A DNA stretch of 64,000 bases from Candidatus Tayloriibacteriota bacterium (GCA_016215405.1 JACRJQ010000007.1:150298-214297); one strand, 5' to 3'. Counted from the first letter of the stretch, positions 1-10,312 are shown. Notes: generated from the sequence alone by a model not told the origin. Translations and numbers: made by a program.

Positions 1-1048
<1,048 letters not shown>

Positions 1049-1199
1049 CAGCCCTAGGCTGATCCGCCTTGGGCGGAAACTAAAAAGCGAGAGGGGGCTC
1101 TGGCTAAATAGGACTACAGAGTATAGGAAAATGGCTAAAGAATCAAGAAACCGTGGCAGATAAAGGCAGGTTATACTGTGTAACCAACACCCACACCGT

Positions 1200-1856
1200 A
1201 TGTACGCCGTGATACTCGCAGCCGGAAAAGGTACGAGAATGCGAAGCCTTACGAAGGATACGCCTAAGCCCCTGCTCGCCTACGAGGGGAAAAGCCTCAT
1301 AGAACACAAGCTCCTCGCCCTGCCGAGGACGGTCACGAAAGTCGTGATAGTCGTAGGCTACCTCGGCGACTCAATATCGAGCCGTTTCGGGAGCTCTTAT
1401 AAAGGCATCCCCATAGAGTACGTAGAGCAGAAAGAGCTTTTGGGGACGGCTCATGCCCTCTGGCAGGCGAAGGGCCTCCTCGACGATAGGTTCCTAGTCC
1501 TTATGGGAGACGACGTCTACGGTGCTCGCGACCTCGACGCGCTCGCGCAATACGACTGCGCCCTGCTCTCGTACAAGGGAGACCCGAAGCGCTCCGGCGG
1601 AAAGTTCATCCTCAACGAAGATGGGTCGCTTCGAGCGATCGTCGAGGACAAGGATGGGTCCATCGATTCGCCGTTGGTCTACACAGGGGCGTGCGTCGTG
1701 ACCCCGGCGCTTTTCGACTACCCTCTCGCGCAGATTCCCGGACGAAAGGAGTTCGGATTGCCGCAGACCATCGTCCAGATGGCGGACAAGCGCAGAATCC
1801 ATATCGTCGAAGCGGAATTCTGGAAGCAGATCACTTCGCCCGAGGACCTCGCATAA
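1200..1856 (+). CDS. sugar-phosphate nucleotidyltransferase (NTP_transferase family)
   Basis: N-terminal [10 protein letters not shown] signature of the nucleotidyl transferase family; 218 aa. Confidence 0.7.
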   Translation: MYAVILAAGKGTRMRSLTKDTPKPLLAYEGKSLIEHKLLALPRTVTKVVIVVGYLGDSISSRFGSSYKGIPIEYVEQKELLGTAHALWQAKGLLDDRFLVLMGDDVYGARDLDALAQYDCALLSYKGDPKRSGGKFILNEDGSLRAIVEDKDGSIDSPLVYTGACVVTPALFDYPLAQIPGRKEFGLPQTIVQMADKRRIHIVEAEFWKQITSPEDLA

Positions 1857-1861
1857 CAAAA

Positions 1862-1890
1862 GGCCGGTTCGCGAAGCGAACCGGTCTTTT
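1862..1890. terminator. bidirectional rho-independent terminator
   Basis: Stem ccggttcgc / loop gaag / gcgaaccgg, followed by TCTTTT on + and TTTTGTT on -. Sits between the convergent NTP-transferase and rpsG. Confidence 0.65.
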
Positions 1891-1977
1891 GTCTTCTATT
1901 GGAACGTATTTGCGAGAATTATCGGATGGAGTTCGAGGAGTCGACGACGAAGAAATCCGCCGATAAGACCGCAAAGG

Positions 1978-2448
1978 CTACCAAGCGAAGTGGGCGAAGG
2001 CCTTGTTCGCCTCTGCCATCTTGTGGGTGTTCTCTCGCTTCTTGACCGCCTCGCCTTCGTTCTTCGAAGCCGCGATGATCTCGTCTGCGAGCTTTACAGA
2101 GATAGGAGCCCCCTTCTTCGATCGGGCAGCGTCTATGATCCACTTGATAGAGAGAGCGTCTCGGCGCTTCGGTCGCACCTCGACAGGGACCTGATAGTTA
2201 GCGCCACCGACGCGCCTCGAGCGGACCTCGACGTTAGGAGCGGTGTTCTTGAGAGCGGCCTCGAAGACAGAGAAAGGGTCCTCCACCTTCGCCTTCTCCT
2301 TGATGAGGTCGAAGCACTTGTAGATGTTCGCGCGGGCCTGGTTCTTCTTGCCGTCGAACATGATGTAGTTTATGAGCTTCGAGACCTTCTCGGAGTTGTA
2401 CTTGAAGTCAGGCTTGAGCTCTCGCTTTATGTTTATTTTTCGTCTCAT
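1978..2448 (-). CDS. rpsG: 30S ribosomal protein S7
   Basis: RRVGGANYQVPVEVRPKRR S7 signature; 156 aa. Confidence 0.95.
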   Translation of the reverse strand: MRRKINIKRELKPDFKYNSEKVSKLINYIMFDGKKNQARANIYKCFDLIKEKAKVEDPFSVFEAALKNTAPNVEVRSRRVGGANYQVPVEVRPKRRDALSIKWIIDAARSKKGAPISVKLADEIIAASKNEGEAVKKRENTHKMAEANKAFAHFAW

Positions 2449-2467
2449 GGGATGTTCGTATTAGCGA

Positions 2468-2884
2468 TTACTTGGCTGCCTTCGGCCTCTTGGCGCCGTA
2501 CTGGCTGCGACCTTTCTTTCGATTCTCCACGCCGCCTGCGTCGAGGACGCCGCGGACGACAGAGTAGCGGAGGCCCACGTCCTTGACTCGACCGCCCTTA
2601 AGAAGGACCACCGAGTGCTCCTGGAGGTTATGTCCCATGCCTGGGATGTATGCGGTGACTTCCATGCCGTTAGAGAGCCTTACCCTCGCGATCTTTCGGA
2701 TAGCCGAGTTAGGCTTCTTCGGGGTCTTCGTCGTTACCTTTATGCATACTCCGCGCTTGAAAGGCGAGTAGAAGAAGCGAGGCTTGTTCGTAAGCACGTT
2801 GAAGCTCTTCGTCAATGCGACGGACTTCGACTTTCGCTTGAGCGAACGGCGCTTTCGCTTCACCAGCTGGTGAATGGTTGGCAT
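2468..2884 (-). CDS. rpsL: 30S ribosomal protein S12
   Basis: [13 protein letters not shown]...[13 protein letters not shown]12 signature. Start taken at the internal ATG (2882-2884); the 26-codon upstream extension of the ORF was rejected. Confidence 0.93.
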   Translation of the reverse strand: MPTIHQLVKRKRRSLKRKSKSVALTKSFNVLTNKPRFFYSPFKRGVCIKVTTKTPKKPNSAIRKIARVRLSNGMEVTAYIPGMGHNLQEHSVVLLKGGRVKDVGLRYSVVRGVLDAGGVENRKKGRSQYGAKRPKAAK

Positions 2885-3018
2885 TCGTTTTCGATTGTTA
2901 CGGAAGGAGTGGTTTCTTCGCGGCGCTAAAGCTTGAGTTTGATGCTTTAAGCCGTTACTCACCCCTACCCTGTTAAATAGCGTTCCTTACGGACGCGAAG
3001 GTGAGATTACTATAGATA

Positions 3019-3048
3019 GTGACAATTATCAAGACTGCGCCTAGTATT
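3019..3048 (+). promoter_or_regulatory. candidate sigma70-type promoter (-35 GTGACA, 17-bp spacer, -10 TAGTAT)
   Basis: GTGACA 3019-3024, TAGTAT 3043-3048, 6 nt before ATG 3055. Implies a leaderless or very short-leader mRNA. Confidence 0.35.
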
Positions 3049-3054
3049 AGGGCC

Positions 3055-4005
3055 ATGAAAGAAAACCTTCCACTCGGCCTCCTCTCAAAGCACCTCCCTG
3101 CACTGGGGCTAGAAAATCCCCTGTATATAGAAAACGAGAACGACCTATTCGAGGATGGAGCGGTACCGAGGCGAAACCTCGGTATTCGGTACCGAGGTTT
3201 CGCCTCGGTACAAAGCGCGGTCGTCTTTTTGCCGAAATCGAAGGCGCTCATAGACATGACGCTCGCCTTGGTCTCGGGGATAGTAGAGGAAGGCGGCACG
3301 GTCGTCCTCGCCGGTTCGAACGACGCGGGGATCAGGAGCGCGAGGGACGCCTATGAGAAGAACATCGGCCCGGTCGACCAGAAGATCGTCGGGAACCACT
3401 CCGCCCTCTATGTGGGCAAGAACCGCCGCCTCTCTGCTTCGAAAAAGCTGGAGGATTTCCTCTCGTATGGAAGTATCATATATGATACTAAATCTCTAGA
3501 AGTCGCGATCGTGCCGGGAGTATTCAGCGCAGGAGAACTGGATGAGGGCACGAAGCTCCTTTTGGACCATATCCCATACGATAGAAAAAAAATCCTCGAC
3601 GTCGGATGCGGCGCGGGAATTATCGGCGCGATATACAAGAAAAAGAATCCCACGGCGGACGTGACGATGTCGGATTCGAGCGAGCTCGCCGTATTCGCTA
3701 CAAGGGCGACGTTTGAGAGGAACGACATCGAAGCGAAGATCCTCCGGTCTGACGTATTCGACGGCATCCAAGAGAAATTCGACGCCATTCTCTGCAACCC
3801 TCCTTTCCACAAAGGAGTATCGACAGACTATTCGTTCATAGAGAAGTTCGCGAAGGGCGCCAAGGCGCGCCTTTCTCCCAACGGAGAGGTCTGGGTCGTC
3901 GCGAACGCGTTCCTCTCCTATGCGGATATCCTCCAAAAGAACATCGGCCCGACAGAGGTCGTGGCCGATGACAAAAGATTCAAAGTCTACAGGTCGAGGG
4001 TCTAG
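3055..4005 (+). CDS. class I SAM-dependent methyltransferase (RsmC/RsmD-like MTS domain, likely rRNA methyltransferase)
   Basis: ILDVGCGAGIIG (motif I) and LCNPPFH (motif IV, N-methyl/N2-G type). Start moved to ATG 3055 because 3019 lies inside the putative promoter. Confidence 0.7.
   Translation: MKENLPLGLLSKHLPALGLENPLYIENENDLFEDGAVPRRNLGIRYRGFASVQSAVVFLPKSKALIDMTLALVSGIVEEGGTVVLAGSNDAGIRSARDAYEKNIGPVDQKIVGNHSALYVGKNRRLSASKKLEDFLSYGSIIYDTKSLEVAIVPGVFSAGELDEGTKLLLDHIPYDRKKILDVGCGAGIIGAIYKKKNPTADVTMSDSSELAVFATRATFERNDIEAKILRSDVFDGIQEKFDAILCNPPFHKGVSTDYSFIEKFAKGAKARLSPNGEVWVVANAFLSYADILQKNIGPTEVVADDKRFKVYRSRV
3163..3211. repeat. perfect 22-bp inverted repeat (GTACCGAGGCGAAACCTCGGTA / TACCGAGGTTTCGCCTCGGTAC, 5-nt spacer) inside the methyltransferase CDS
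   Basis: Directly visible; each arm is itself a hairpin (GUACCGAGG-CGAAA-CCUCGGUA). Confidence 0.85.
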
Positions 4006-4674
4006 CTACCACGGGAGCCTCTCTCCTTTGAACCAAAAGAGTCCAGTGTCCGATAAGGGCTTTACCTTCGCGGCGAATTCGTATATATAGCCCGCCGCTT
4101 CTTCGGGCGAGAGATCTGCTTCTCCGCCGCCCATATCCGTCTTCACCCAACCCGGATGAATCGACGCGACGAATATCCCACGCTGAGAGAGCCTGCCCGC
4201 GAGGATCCTCGTGTACATGTTGAGGGCGGCCTTCGACATCTTGTACGAAGGATAGTTAAAGACGCGCAGGTCTTTCGAGAGCATGCCTGCGGTCGAAGAC
4301 ATGTTGAATATCTGGCCCCCGTCGCTTACCTGAGACGAAAGCCTCTCTGTGAGATCGGCGAGGCCGAAGACGTTCACCTCGAACGTCTCGCGAAGCTTCT
4401 CTGAGATCACCTTGTCGGTGAAATCGTCCTCGCATACGCCGGCGTTGTTCACGAGGAGGTCGATCGTCACGCCTTCGCTGATAAGCGCGTCGCAGAGAGA
4501 TCCGATGCTCTGAGGCGACGAAAGGTCGAGGTCGTATCCCTTGAAGCTCGGAGAATCCGGGATATTGAGGCCGGAGACGGCAGTGCCGAGGACGCGCCAG
4601 CCTTCCTTTATGAATCTCTCGGCGAGCGCCCTGCCTATGCCTCGCGAAGTCCCCGTTATAAGCGCGGTTTTCAT
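4006..4674 (-). CDS. short-chain dehydrogenase/reductase (SDR)
   Basis: TGTSRGIGRA Rossmann motif, NNAG, YxxxK (YKMSKAAL). Confidence 0.85.
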   Translation of the reverse strand: MKTALITGTSRGIGRALAERFIKEGWRVLGTAVSGLNIPDSPSFKGYDLDLSSPQSIGSLCDALISEGVTIDLLVNNAGVCEDDFTDKVISEKLRETFEVNVFGLADLTERLSSQVSDGGQIFNMSSTAGMLSKDLRVFNYPSYKMSKAALNMYTRILAGRLSQRGIFVASIHPGWVKTDMGGGEADLSPEEAAGYIYEFAAKVKPLSDTGLFWFKGERLPW

Positions 4675-4690
4675 CGTCTTGGAGGTTAGC

Positions 4691-5305
4691 TTAGATGCCG
4701 GTTATAAGGCGGAAGAGCCATGGTATGAGAGGGGCGAAGAACTGCCAGAGGAAGATGAGGAATATGAACACTCCGACGAATCCGAACCTCTCTATAGACT
4801 CCCTCACCTTCATCCAGCCCTGCGGCAAGATCGCCGTGAGGATCTTCGACCCGTCGAGGGGCGGCATCGGCACCAGGTTGAAGACCGCGAGCGCGATGTT
4901 TATATAGACGATCTGGATAGCGAGCATCGAGACAGGGCTATCGATGCCTCCCGGCAAAGCGTAGAACCTGAGAAAAAGGCCGAACACGGTGGCGAGGACG
5001 AGATTCGATAAAGGGCCCGCGAACGCGACGATGGCTTCTCCCCACCTTTGATTCCTCAGATTATATGGATTGTAAGGGACCGGCTTCGCCCAGCCGAACA
5101 TGAAGCCTCCGGGAAGGAGCGCGAGGATTACCGGCAGTATGACCGAGCCTACCGGGTCGATATGCTTTATCGGATTGAGCGTGAGGCGGCCCTCGAGCTC
5201 CGCCGTCCTATCCCCCTGGATAAGGGCAGCGTAGCCGTGAGAGATCTCGTGTATCACGACCGAGAATATGAGGATGACGAGGGAGAATATGAACGATGCT
5301 TCCAT
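4691..5305 (-). CDS. site-2 protease family (peptidase M50) membrane metalloprotease
   Basis: HEISHG HExxH in the first TM segment, multi-TM, LDGS motif. Confidence 0.8.
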   Translation of the reverse strand: MEASFIFSLVILIFSVVIHEISHGYAALIQGDRTAELEGRLTLNPIKHIDPVGSVILPVILALLPGGFMFGWAKPVPYNPYNLRNQRWGEAIVAFAGPLSNLVLATVFGLFLRFYALPGGIDSPVSMLAIQIVYINIALAVFNLVPMPPLDGSKILTAILPQGWMKVRESIERFGFVGVFIFLIFLWQFFAPLIPWLFRLITGI

Positions 5306-5397
5306 GGTTGATGGTTGTGGAGCCTAAAACTTGCCAAATCGCCTATGTATGATACCATGCTCCGTACTTCCTAATACGAGAAATCTAATCAACTGTC

Positions 5398-5640
5398 ATG
5401 GCAAAAACCTGCCCAGTAACAAAGAGAACGTCCCTCATGGGAGGAGGATACTCGAACGCGACCCGCGCGACGCAGTTTAACCCTACCGGAAAGGTCCGAA
5501 GGTATGTGAACCTCCAGGCGAAGAAGATCTACATCCCGGAGCTCAAGAAATCGATCAGGCTCACCCTCTCGACCCGCGCGATCAAGACCATAAACAAGAA
5601 CGGCGCCTACGCCACCCTCAAGAAGGCGGGCATCATCTAG
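5398..5640 (+). CDS. rpmB: 50S ribosomal protein L28
   Basis: MAKTCPVTKR... typical L28 N-terminus; 80 aa. Confidence 0.85.
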   Translation: MAKTCPVTKRTSLMGGGYSNATRATQFNPTGKVRRYVNLQAKKIYIPELKKSIRLTLSTRAIKTINKNGAYATLKKAGII

Positions 5641-5643
5641 ATA

Positions 5644-5679
5644 AAAAGCGGCTCGGACCTACGGTCCGAGCCGCTTTTC
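5644..5679 (+). terminator. rho-independent terminator
   Basis: aaaagcggctcggacc-tac-ggtccgagccgctttt, a perfect 13-bp stem plus U-tract. Confidence 0.75.
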
Positions 5680-5686
5680 GTTCCCT

Positions 5687-6244
5687 TTGACTCAGGCGGC
5701 TCTGAGGGTACTATTAGGAGCGATGAGCACGTCGACCTATCCTGTGTTGACCATTTGCTATCTCATCCGAGGCGAGCCGGGGCATGAGGAAGTCCTCATG
5801 GGAGAGAAGGCGCCGACAGAAAGCGCCGTAAAGCGAGGGGTTGCGGGAAGATGGATCGGTTCGGGAGGCCTTCTCGAACCGGACATCGATCCCTCTCCCA
5901 TCGCATGCGGCATCCGCGAGACGAAGAAAGAGCTGGACGTCCTCGCGGAGGAGAGCCACACGTCAGAGATGAGCCGCATCCTAGTGAGCAAGGAGGGCGA
6001 GGAAGATATCGAGCTGCGCCATCTCTTCATGAGGCGCTGGCGAGGCACCCCCCGCCCTGACGGCAGAGAATTCCTGAAGATCCACTGGTATCCGGTATCC
6101 CGGACGCCGGAGAATCTCTGCGACGTAGACCGCTGCGTCCTGCCGGTCCTTATGAGCGGAAGAAGGCTCTGCGGCACGCTCAGGCTCACCCGCTCCGGCG
6201 CGTTCGCCGGATCGAGACTGCAAATGGTAAGTTCGTTCGAGTGA
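5687..6244 (+). CDS. Nudix hydrolase-like protein
   Basis: Loose Nudix box (G...E...GIRETKKELDV). The start may be the internal Met (MSTST...). Confidence 0.45.
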   Translation: MTQAALRVLLGAMSTSTYPVLTICYLIRGEPGHEEVLMGEKAPTESAVKRGVAGRWIGSGGLLEPDIDPSPIACGIRETKKELDVLAEESHTSEMSRILVSKEGEEDIELRHLFMRRWRGTPRPDGREFLKIHWYPVSRTPENLCDVDRCVLPVLMSGRRLCGTLRLTRSGAFAGSRLQMVSSFE

Positions 6245-6263
6245 AGCAATCCTTCGCTTTTCG

Positions 6264-6293
6264 CCCCGCGTCTTCCTTAGACGCGGGGTTTTA
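6264..6293 (+). terminator. rho-independent terminator
   Basis: ccccgcgtc-ttcctt-agacgcgggg-tttt; overlaps the stop of the convergent MBL gene. Confidence 0.55.
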
Positions 6294-7151
6294 ATCCCTC
6301 TCTACGACAGAGCCGTCGGAGACGAACACCACCGTGCCTTCCTCTCCTGTCATAAGGACCTCGGCTCCTACGCCCTCGAATATATCAAGAACCTCTCTGT
6401 GTGGATGCCCGTACCTGTTCTGCGCGCCGGCAGAGATCACCGCGTATCGAGGCGAGACGGCGCCGACGAATCCCAGACCCGAGGACGTGCGGGATCCATG
6501 ATGCCCTGCTTTCAGCACGTCGCTTCGCAGCCTCGACCCGTCGAGCGAGACGAGGCGCGCCTCGACCTGCTTCGGAGAATCGCCCGTAAGCATCACAGAG
6601 GTTGAGCCGTATCTGAGGGCGCCGACGATGGAGGCGGCATTTGTCTCGGAACGGGAGACGTCTCCGTCAGGAAAAAGGATATCGAAATAGGCGCCGTCGC
6701 CGAAGTTTATCCTCATTCCCCTTCTCGCGATGATGCTCTCGACGCCTTTTTTCTGCCTCACCCTCGAAAGCTCGTCATCTATGCTGTTTCCAGACTCGAC
6801 TCCCGGCTCGAGAAAGACGCCCACATCGTAGCGAGAAAGGACGTCAGGCAGCCCTCCTATATGATCAGCGTCGGGGTGCGTCTCGAGAACGACGTCTATC
6901 GAGCGATCGTGCCAGGGCATGGCTTCAGAGAGCCTCCTTATGACCGACCTCGACGGGCCTCCGTCGACGAGCATGTCCCGACCGGACGGCGTGCGCACAT
7001 AGACGGCGTCGCCCTGTCCCACGTCGAGGAAGTATACGAAGAGGCTCCCTCTAACGGAGCCCTTGATAGAAGCGAGAGACACGGCCAAAGCGCCGCAAAG
7101 AAGCGTAAAGAGTGCCCATCTGTGAGCGTTTCGGAGCGTGCTTTGCGTCAT
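6291..7151 (-). CDS. MBL-fold metallo-hydrolase, ComEC C-terminal (Lactamase_B) domain-like; free-standing
   Basis: YFLDVGQGDA...LETHPDADHIGG...GHHGS motifs of the ComEC/Rec2 beta-lactamase-like domain; N-terminal hydrophobic segment. Confidence 0.8.
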   Translation of the reverse strand: MTQSTLRNAHRWALFTLLCGALAVSLASIKGSVRGSLFVYFLDVGQGDAVYVRTPSGRDMLVDGGPSRSVIRRLSEAMPWHDRSIDVVLETHPDADHIGGLPDVLSRYDVGVFLEPGVESGNSIDDELSRVRQKKGVESIIARRGMRINFGDGAYFDILFPDGDVSRSETNAASIVGALRYGSTSVMLTGDSPKQVEARLVSLDGSRLRSDVLKAGHHGSRTSSGLGFVGAVSPRYAVISAGAQNRYGHPHREVLDIFEGVGAEVLMTGEEGTVVFVSDGSVVERD

Positions 7152-7887
7152 CGAGCGATAGAGAATAGAGCTCTTGTATAGAGGCGTCGCCGTTCTTCGC
7201 GATGAATCCCTCGTACGAAGGTCGCGTGTTCGCCTCGAGGAAGTAAAGATCCCCGCCCTTTGATTCTATGAAATCGAGAGAGCCCCAGGAGACAGGCAGG
7301 CTCTCGAGGATCTTGTCGGACGCCGAAAAAAGACGAGAGGCCGAGGCCCTGTCGAGGCGGTCGAACTCGCCTCGCGCATAAGCAAAGACAGGGGCGCCCG
7401 CCGCGAGCGCGACCCGATATTCGAACTTCGGCTCCACATACTCCTGCACGAGAGCGATATAGTCGTAATACCGCGAACCTTTATCGAAGATACGCTCGAA
7501 GCATTTTCTGAAATCTGTCTCGTTCTCGGCAAAGAATACGTTGTGTCCCCTCTCGCCCTTATTCATCTTAACCATGCGAGGATAAAGGAAATCTAAAGAC
7601 TTTTTGACGATCTCGTCGAGGGATTTCGCGTTACAGAGCTCGGGATGTCGGCCGCGCGGATCGAGGAACTCCCTGGTATCAGGCATCCGCGTCTTCCCCT
7701 TGAGGATCTCGTGCACCGCCGCTTTGTCCTGACAGAGGGCAGAGACGGATTCGTCGTTGAAAGGAGTCGTGGCGCGTATAAACGGGGCGCCTCCGACGAT
7801 AAGCGCGTCGGCGAAAGAAGCGATCTCTTGGTACGCGACGCCGCGCTTTTCCAAGAGGGACCTGAGCGCTCTGATATGGGGATGCAT
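7051..7887 (-). CDS. ATP-grasp domain protein (RimK/glutathione-synthetase-like ligase)
   Basis: MVKMNKGERGHNVFF, ALVQEYVEP...YRV, YFLEANTRP ATP-grasp signatures. The 3' 100 nt overlap the start of the downstream MBL gene. Confidence 0.55.
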   Translation of the reverse strand: MHPHIRALRSLLEKRGVAYQEIASFADALIVGGAPFIRATTPFNDESVSALCQDKAAVHEILKGKTRMPDTREFLDPRGRHPELCNAKSLDEIVKKSLDFLYPRMVKMNKGERGHNVFFAENETDFRKCFERIFDKGSRYYDYIALVQEYVEPKFEYRVALAAGAPVFAYARGEFDRLDRASASRLFSASDKILESLPVSWGSLDFIESKGGDLYFLEANTRPSYEGFIAKNGDASIQELYSLSLDDAKHAPKRSQMGTLYASLRRFGRVSRFYQGLR

Positions 7888-7949
7888 CTGGGGATTGTAT
7901 CAAAAACAAAAGCCTCCGGGAGGAGGCTCGGAAAGATCCTTGCGAGGGA

Positions 7950-8132
7950 TCAGTGGCGAAACGACAAGCCGACGTTCGCCGCGATATGCGCCGCTACCCC
8001 CGAAGGGATGAGGATGAGGGCGATATCGACGAAGGATCGGGTGTCCGTCGCTTCGCCGATAAGGCCGCAGGCGAAGCCTACGAGCGCGCAGAGGATCGAA
8101 CCTAACGAGAGCTTTACGAGCGTTCTATTCAT
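7950..8132 (-). CDS. hypothetical small membrane protein
   Basis: 60-aa ORF with two hydrophobic segments; no recognisable motif. Confidence 0.25.
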   Translation of the reverse strand: MNRTLVKLSLGSILCALVGFACGLIGEATDTRSFVDIALILIPSGVAAHIAANVGLSFRH

Positions 8133-8190
8133 GGGATGGAGGGTCGGGGCTCCGCTAAACCTTACTCCTTAGCCCTCGCGCGGGCAAGGG

Positions 8191-8199
8191 TGGTATACT
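8191..8199 (+). promoter_or_regulatory. extended -10 promoter element (TGgTATACT) upstream of sod
   Basis: TG 8191-8192 and TATACT 8194-8199, about 30 nt upstream of ATG 8229. Confidence 0.35.
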
Positions 8200-8228
8200 C
8201 TTTCCATTATCGGCGCTCAGAACAATCT

Positions 8229-8816
8229 ATGAAAAAATTCGAAGAAAGGAAATTCGACATACCGGAGCTCAAGGGCATCTCGCGAAAGACCGTCGAGGAG
8301 CACCTCAAGCTCTATTCGGGCTACGTCAATCATCTCAACCTCATACATGAGATCGTCGAGAACCAGTCGAACCCCGAATACGCTCGCAGGGAGGCATATC
8401 GCAGGCAAGGATTCGAATACGGCGGCATGAGGAACCATGAATATTATTTCGCCCATTTCGAAGGCGGGCCGAGACCGCTCTCGCAGGGCTCGATCCTCGA
8501 AAAAAAGATCGCGGAATGGTGCGGAAGCCTCGATACCTTCAAGAAGATCTTCTCGAGCCTCGCGACTACCCGCGGGATAGGTTGGGCGATGCTCGGCTAC
8601 GACAAGAAAGCCGACACTCTCATCCAATACTGGGTAGACGAGCAGCATTTCGGGCACCTCCCCGGCGTGGCCCCTATCATCTGCCTCGACATGTGGGAGC
8701 ATTCGTTCGTCGCGGACTACCAGCCTTCGGGAAAGAAGGCCTACATCGAGGATTTCTTCGCGAACCTCAACTGGCAGACGGCTGAGAAGAACCTCTCCGA
8801 CGCCATGCGCGGATAA
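8229..8816 (+). CDS. Fe/Mn-family superoxide dismutase
   Basis: Metal-ligand motifs EEHLKLYSGYVNHLN and DMWEHSFVADY; start at internal ATG 8229 (MKKFEERKFDIPEL). Confidence 0.9.
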   Translation: MKKFEERKFDIPELKGISRKTVEEHLKLYSGYVNHLNLIHEIVENQSNPEYARREAYRRQGFEYGGMRNHEYYFAHFEGGPRPLSQGSILEKKIAEWCGSLDTFKKIFSSLATTRGIGWAMLGYDKKADTLIQYWVDEQHFGHLPGVAPIICLDMWEHSFVADYQPSGKKAYIEDFFANLNWQTAEKNLSDAMRG

Positions 8817-10233
8817 GGGATGCGGCCATAAAGACATAGACGACGGCGAGCGCTCCCGCGCTCGCCGTCGCTTGTATGGACGCGAAGGGCACCTGCGCAA
8901 AGACAGCGGCTACCCGGATCATGTAGGAAAGGACGAGGCTCGTGGCCCAGGCTAAAGGAAAGGCGATGGCCGAAGAGACGGAGCCTAAAGCTATCGCGCC
9001 GAACCCTCCAAGCATCGCGTATGGCACGAAAGGCAAGACCAGGAGGTTCGTGACGAGAGAGATGAGCGAGACCTGCCCCATAGCGTGCATGAGGAAAGGC
9101 AGCACAGCGACCTGCGTGCCCACTGTCGCCGCCGCCACCTCGCGGAGCTTGAACCTCTCCGTGACGAACCCGAGCCTCTCTAGCGCTAAAGGCGCTACGT
9201 AGATGAGGCCGAGGGTCGCGAGGAACGAGAGCTGAAAAGACATGTCGAACGCGAGGATAGAGGGATTATGGAGGACCATGAAGAAAGCGGCTGTTATGAG
9301 GGCCCTCGTTATGTCGTAGCGCCTCGACGCCGATTTCGCCAAGAGCACGATAAGCGCCATGACCGAAGCCCGTACGGTCGTGGCGGAAGCGCCTGTCATA
9401 ACGGCGAACAGAACGATGGAGAGCGCTCCCGCGGATCGCCCGAACGTCCGCGGAAGGAAGGAGAACGCCTTCATGAGGCTCTCCGCGACGATCGTCACGT
9501 TGTATCCCGATAGGACGAGTATGTGGACAAGGCCAGCATCCTTGAAATCCTCGACGACGTCCTTCGGCAGAGAATCCTTTTCGCCCAAGAGGAGCCCACC
9601 TAAAAGCGACGATTCGGGTTCGGGAAATAGGAACTGCATCCTTTCGACGAACGACCGCTTCGCCGCATAGAGCGTCCTCAAAAGACCGTGGCCCTGATCC
9701 CGGCCCGAAAGCTCTATGTGGGGCATGAACATCGTATAGCGTATCCCTTCCTTAGCCAGGTAGGAGACGTAGTCGAATTCGGGCCCTCCTTCGTACGCCT
9801 CGAAATTGCGGGGCGACGAGAGCTTTCCTGAGGCCGAGAGCCGGTCGCCGTAGGAATAGAGAGGATATCTCGCGGCCGTGACGAGGACCCGATCGGGAGA
9901 GCTCTCAGGAGCGAAGCAGAATCTCTGGGCCGTGTCTCTCTCCTCGGGCTCCGAGCACACCGTCCCGCTAAGGCTCGCGACCTCTCCCACATGCGCGTCG
10001 AGCGGATGGCCGCTCTCGCCGAAACCTGCCATACGCAAAAAACCCGAACCGAAAGCGACGGCGCACAGAAGACAGAGGAGCAAAGGCTTCGCCCTGCCGC
10101 GAGACGAGACGAGCGCGAGAGCGATGAGGAGGATGATGCCGGCCAAAAGCGGACCGCGGGAAATAGAGAGCGACGAAACGAGCACCCCGGCGAAAAAAGA
10201 GAGGGACGCGCAATAGAAAGACCGAGATGACAT
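8767..10233 (-). CDS. comEC: ComEC/Rec2 competence membrane protein (DUF4131 plus Competence domain only; no lactamase domain)
   Basis: Polytopic membrane protein with LVHILVLSGYNVTIV competence-domain signature; ends without an MBL domain. Confidence 0.8.
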   Translation of the reverse strand: MSSRSFYCASLSFFAGVLVSSLSISRGPLLAGIILLIALALVSSRGRAKPLLLCLLCAVAFGSGFLRMAGFGESGHPLDAHVGEVASLSGTVCSEPEERDTAQRFCFAPESSPDRVLVTAARYPLYSYGDRLSASGKLSSPRNFEAYEGGPEFDYVSYLAKEGIRYTMFMPHIELSGRDQGHGLLRTLYAAKRSFVERMQFLFPEPESSLLGGLLLGEKDSLPKDVVEDFKDAGLVHILVLSGYNVTIVAESLMKAFSFLPRTFGRSAGALSIVLFAVMTGASATTVRASVMALIVLLAKSASRRYDITRALITAAFFMVLHNPSILAFDMSFQLSFLATLGLIYVAPLALERLGFVTERFKLREVAAATVGTQVAVLPFLMHAMGQVSLISLVTNLLVLPFVPYAMLGGFGAIALGSVSSAIAFPLAWATSLVLSYMIRVAAVFAQVPFASIQATASAGALAVVYVFMAASLIRAWRRRGSSQPSAS

Positions 10234-10312
10234 AAAGTGATTCTACCGAGGCGGGATAAAGGAAATATAAATTGGCGCGATGAGAGCGCCGGTGCTAAGG
10301 TGTCGAAGGACT

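Noticed and set aside
2885-2962. 26-codon N-terminal extension of the rpsL ORF (MSNGLKHQ…)
   Set aside because: S12 proteins begin at MPTI(H/N)QL; the internal ATG at 2882-2884 gives the canonical N-terminus.
3019-3054. ORF-track start of the methyltransferase at 3019
   Set aside because: These 36 nt contain a good -35/-10 promoter pair, and the next in-frame ATG (3055) gives a normal N-terminus.
5306-5397. Sigma70 promoter for rpmB (TTGCCA … TACCAT/TATGAT)
   Set aside because: The candidate hexamers have 11- or 16-nt spacing with a weak -10; not strong enough to annotate.
8136-8228. 31-codon N-terminal extension of the SOD ORF
   Set aside because: It contains the extended -10 promoter element; Fe/Mn SODs begin close to the first metal-ligand His, matching ATG 8229.
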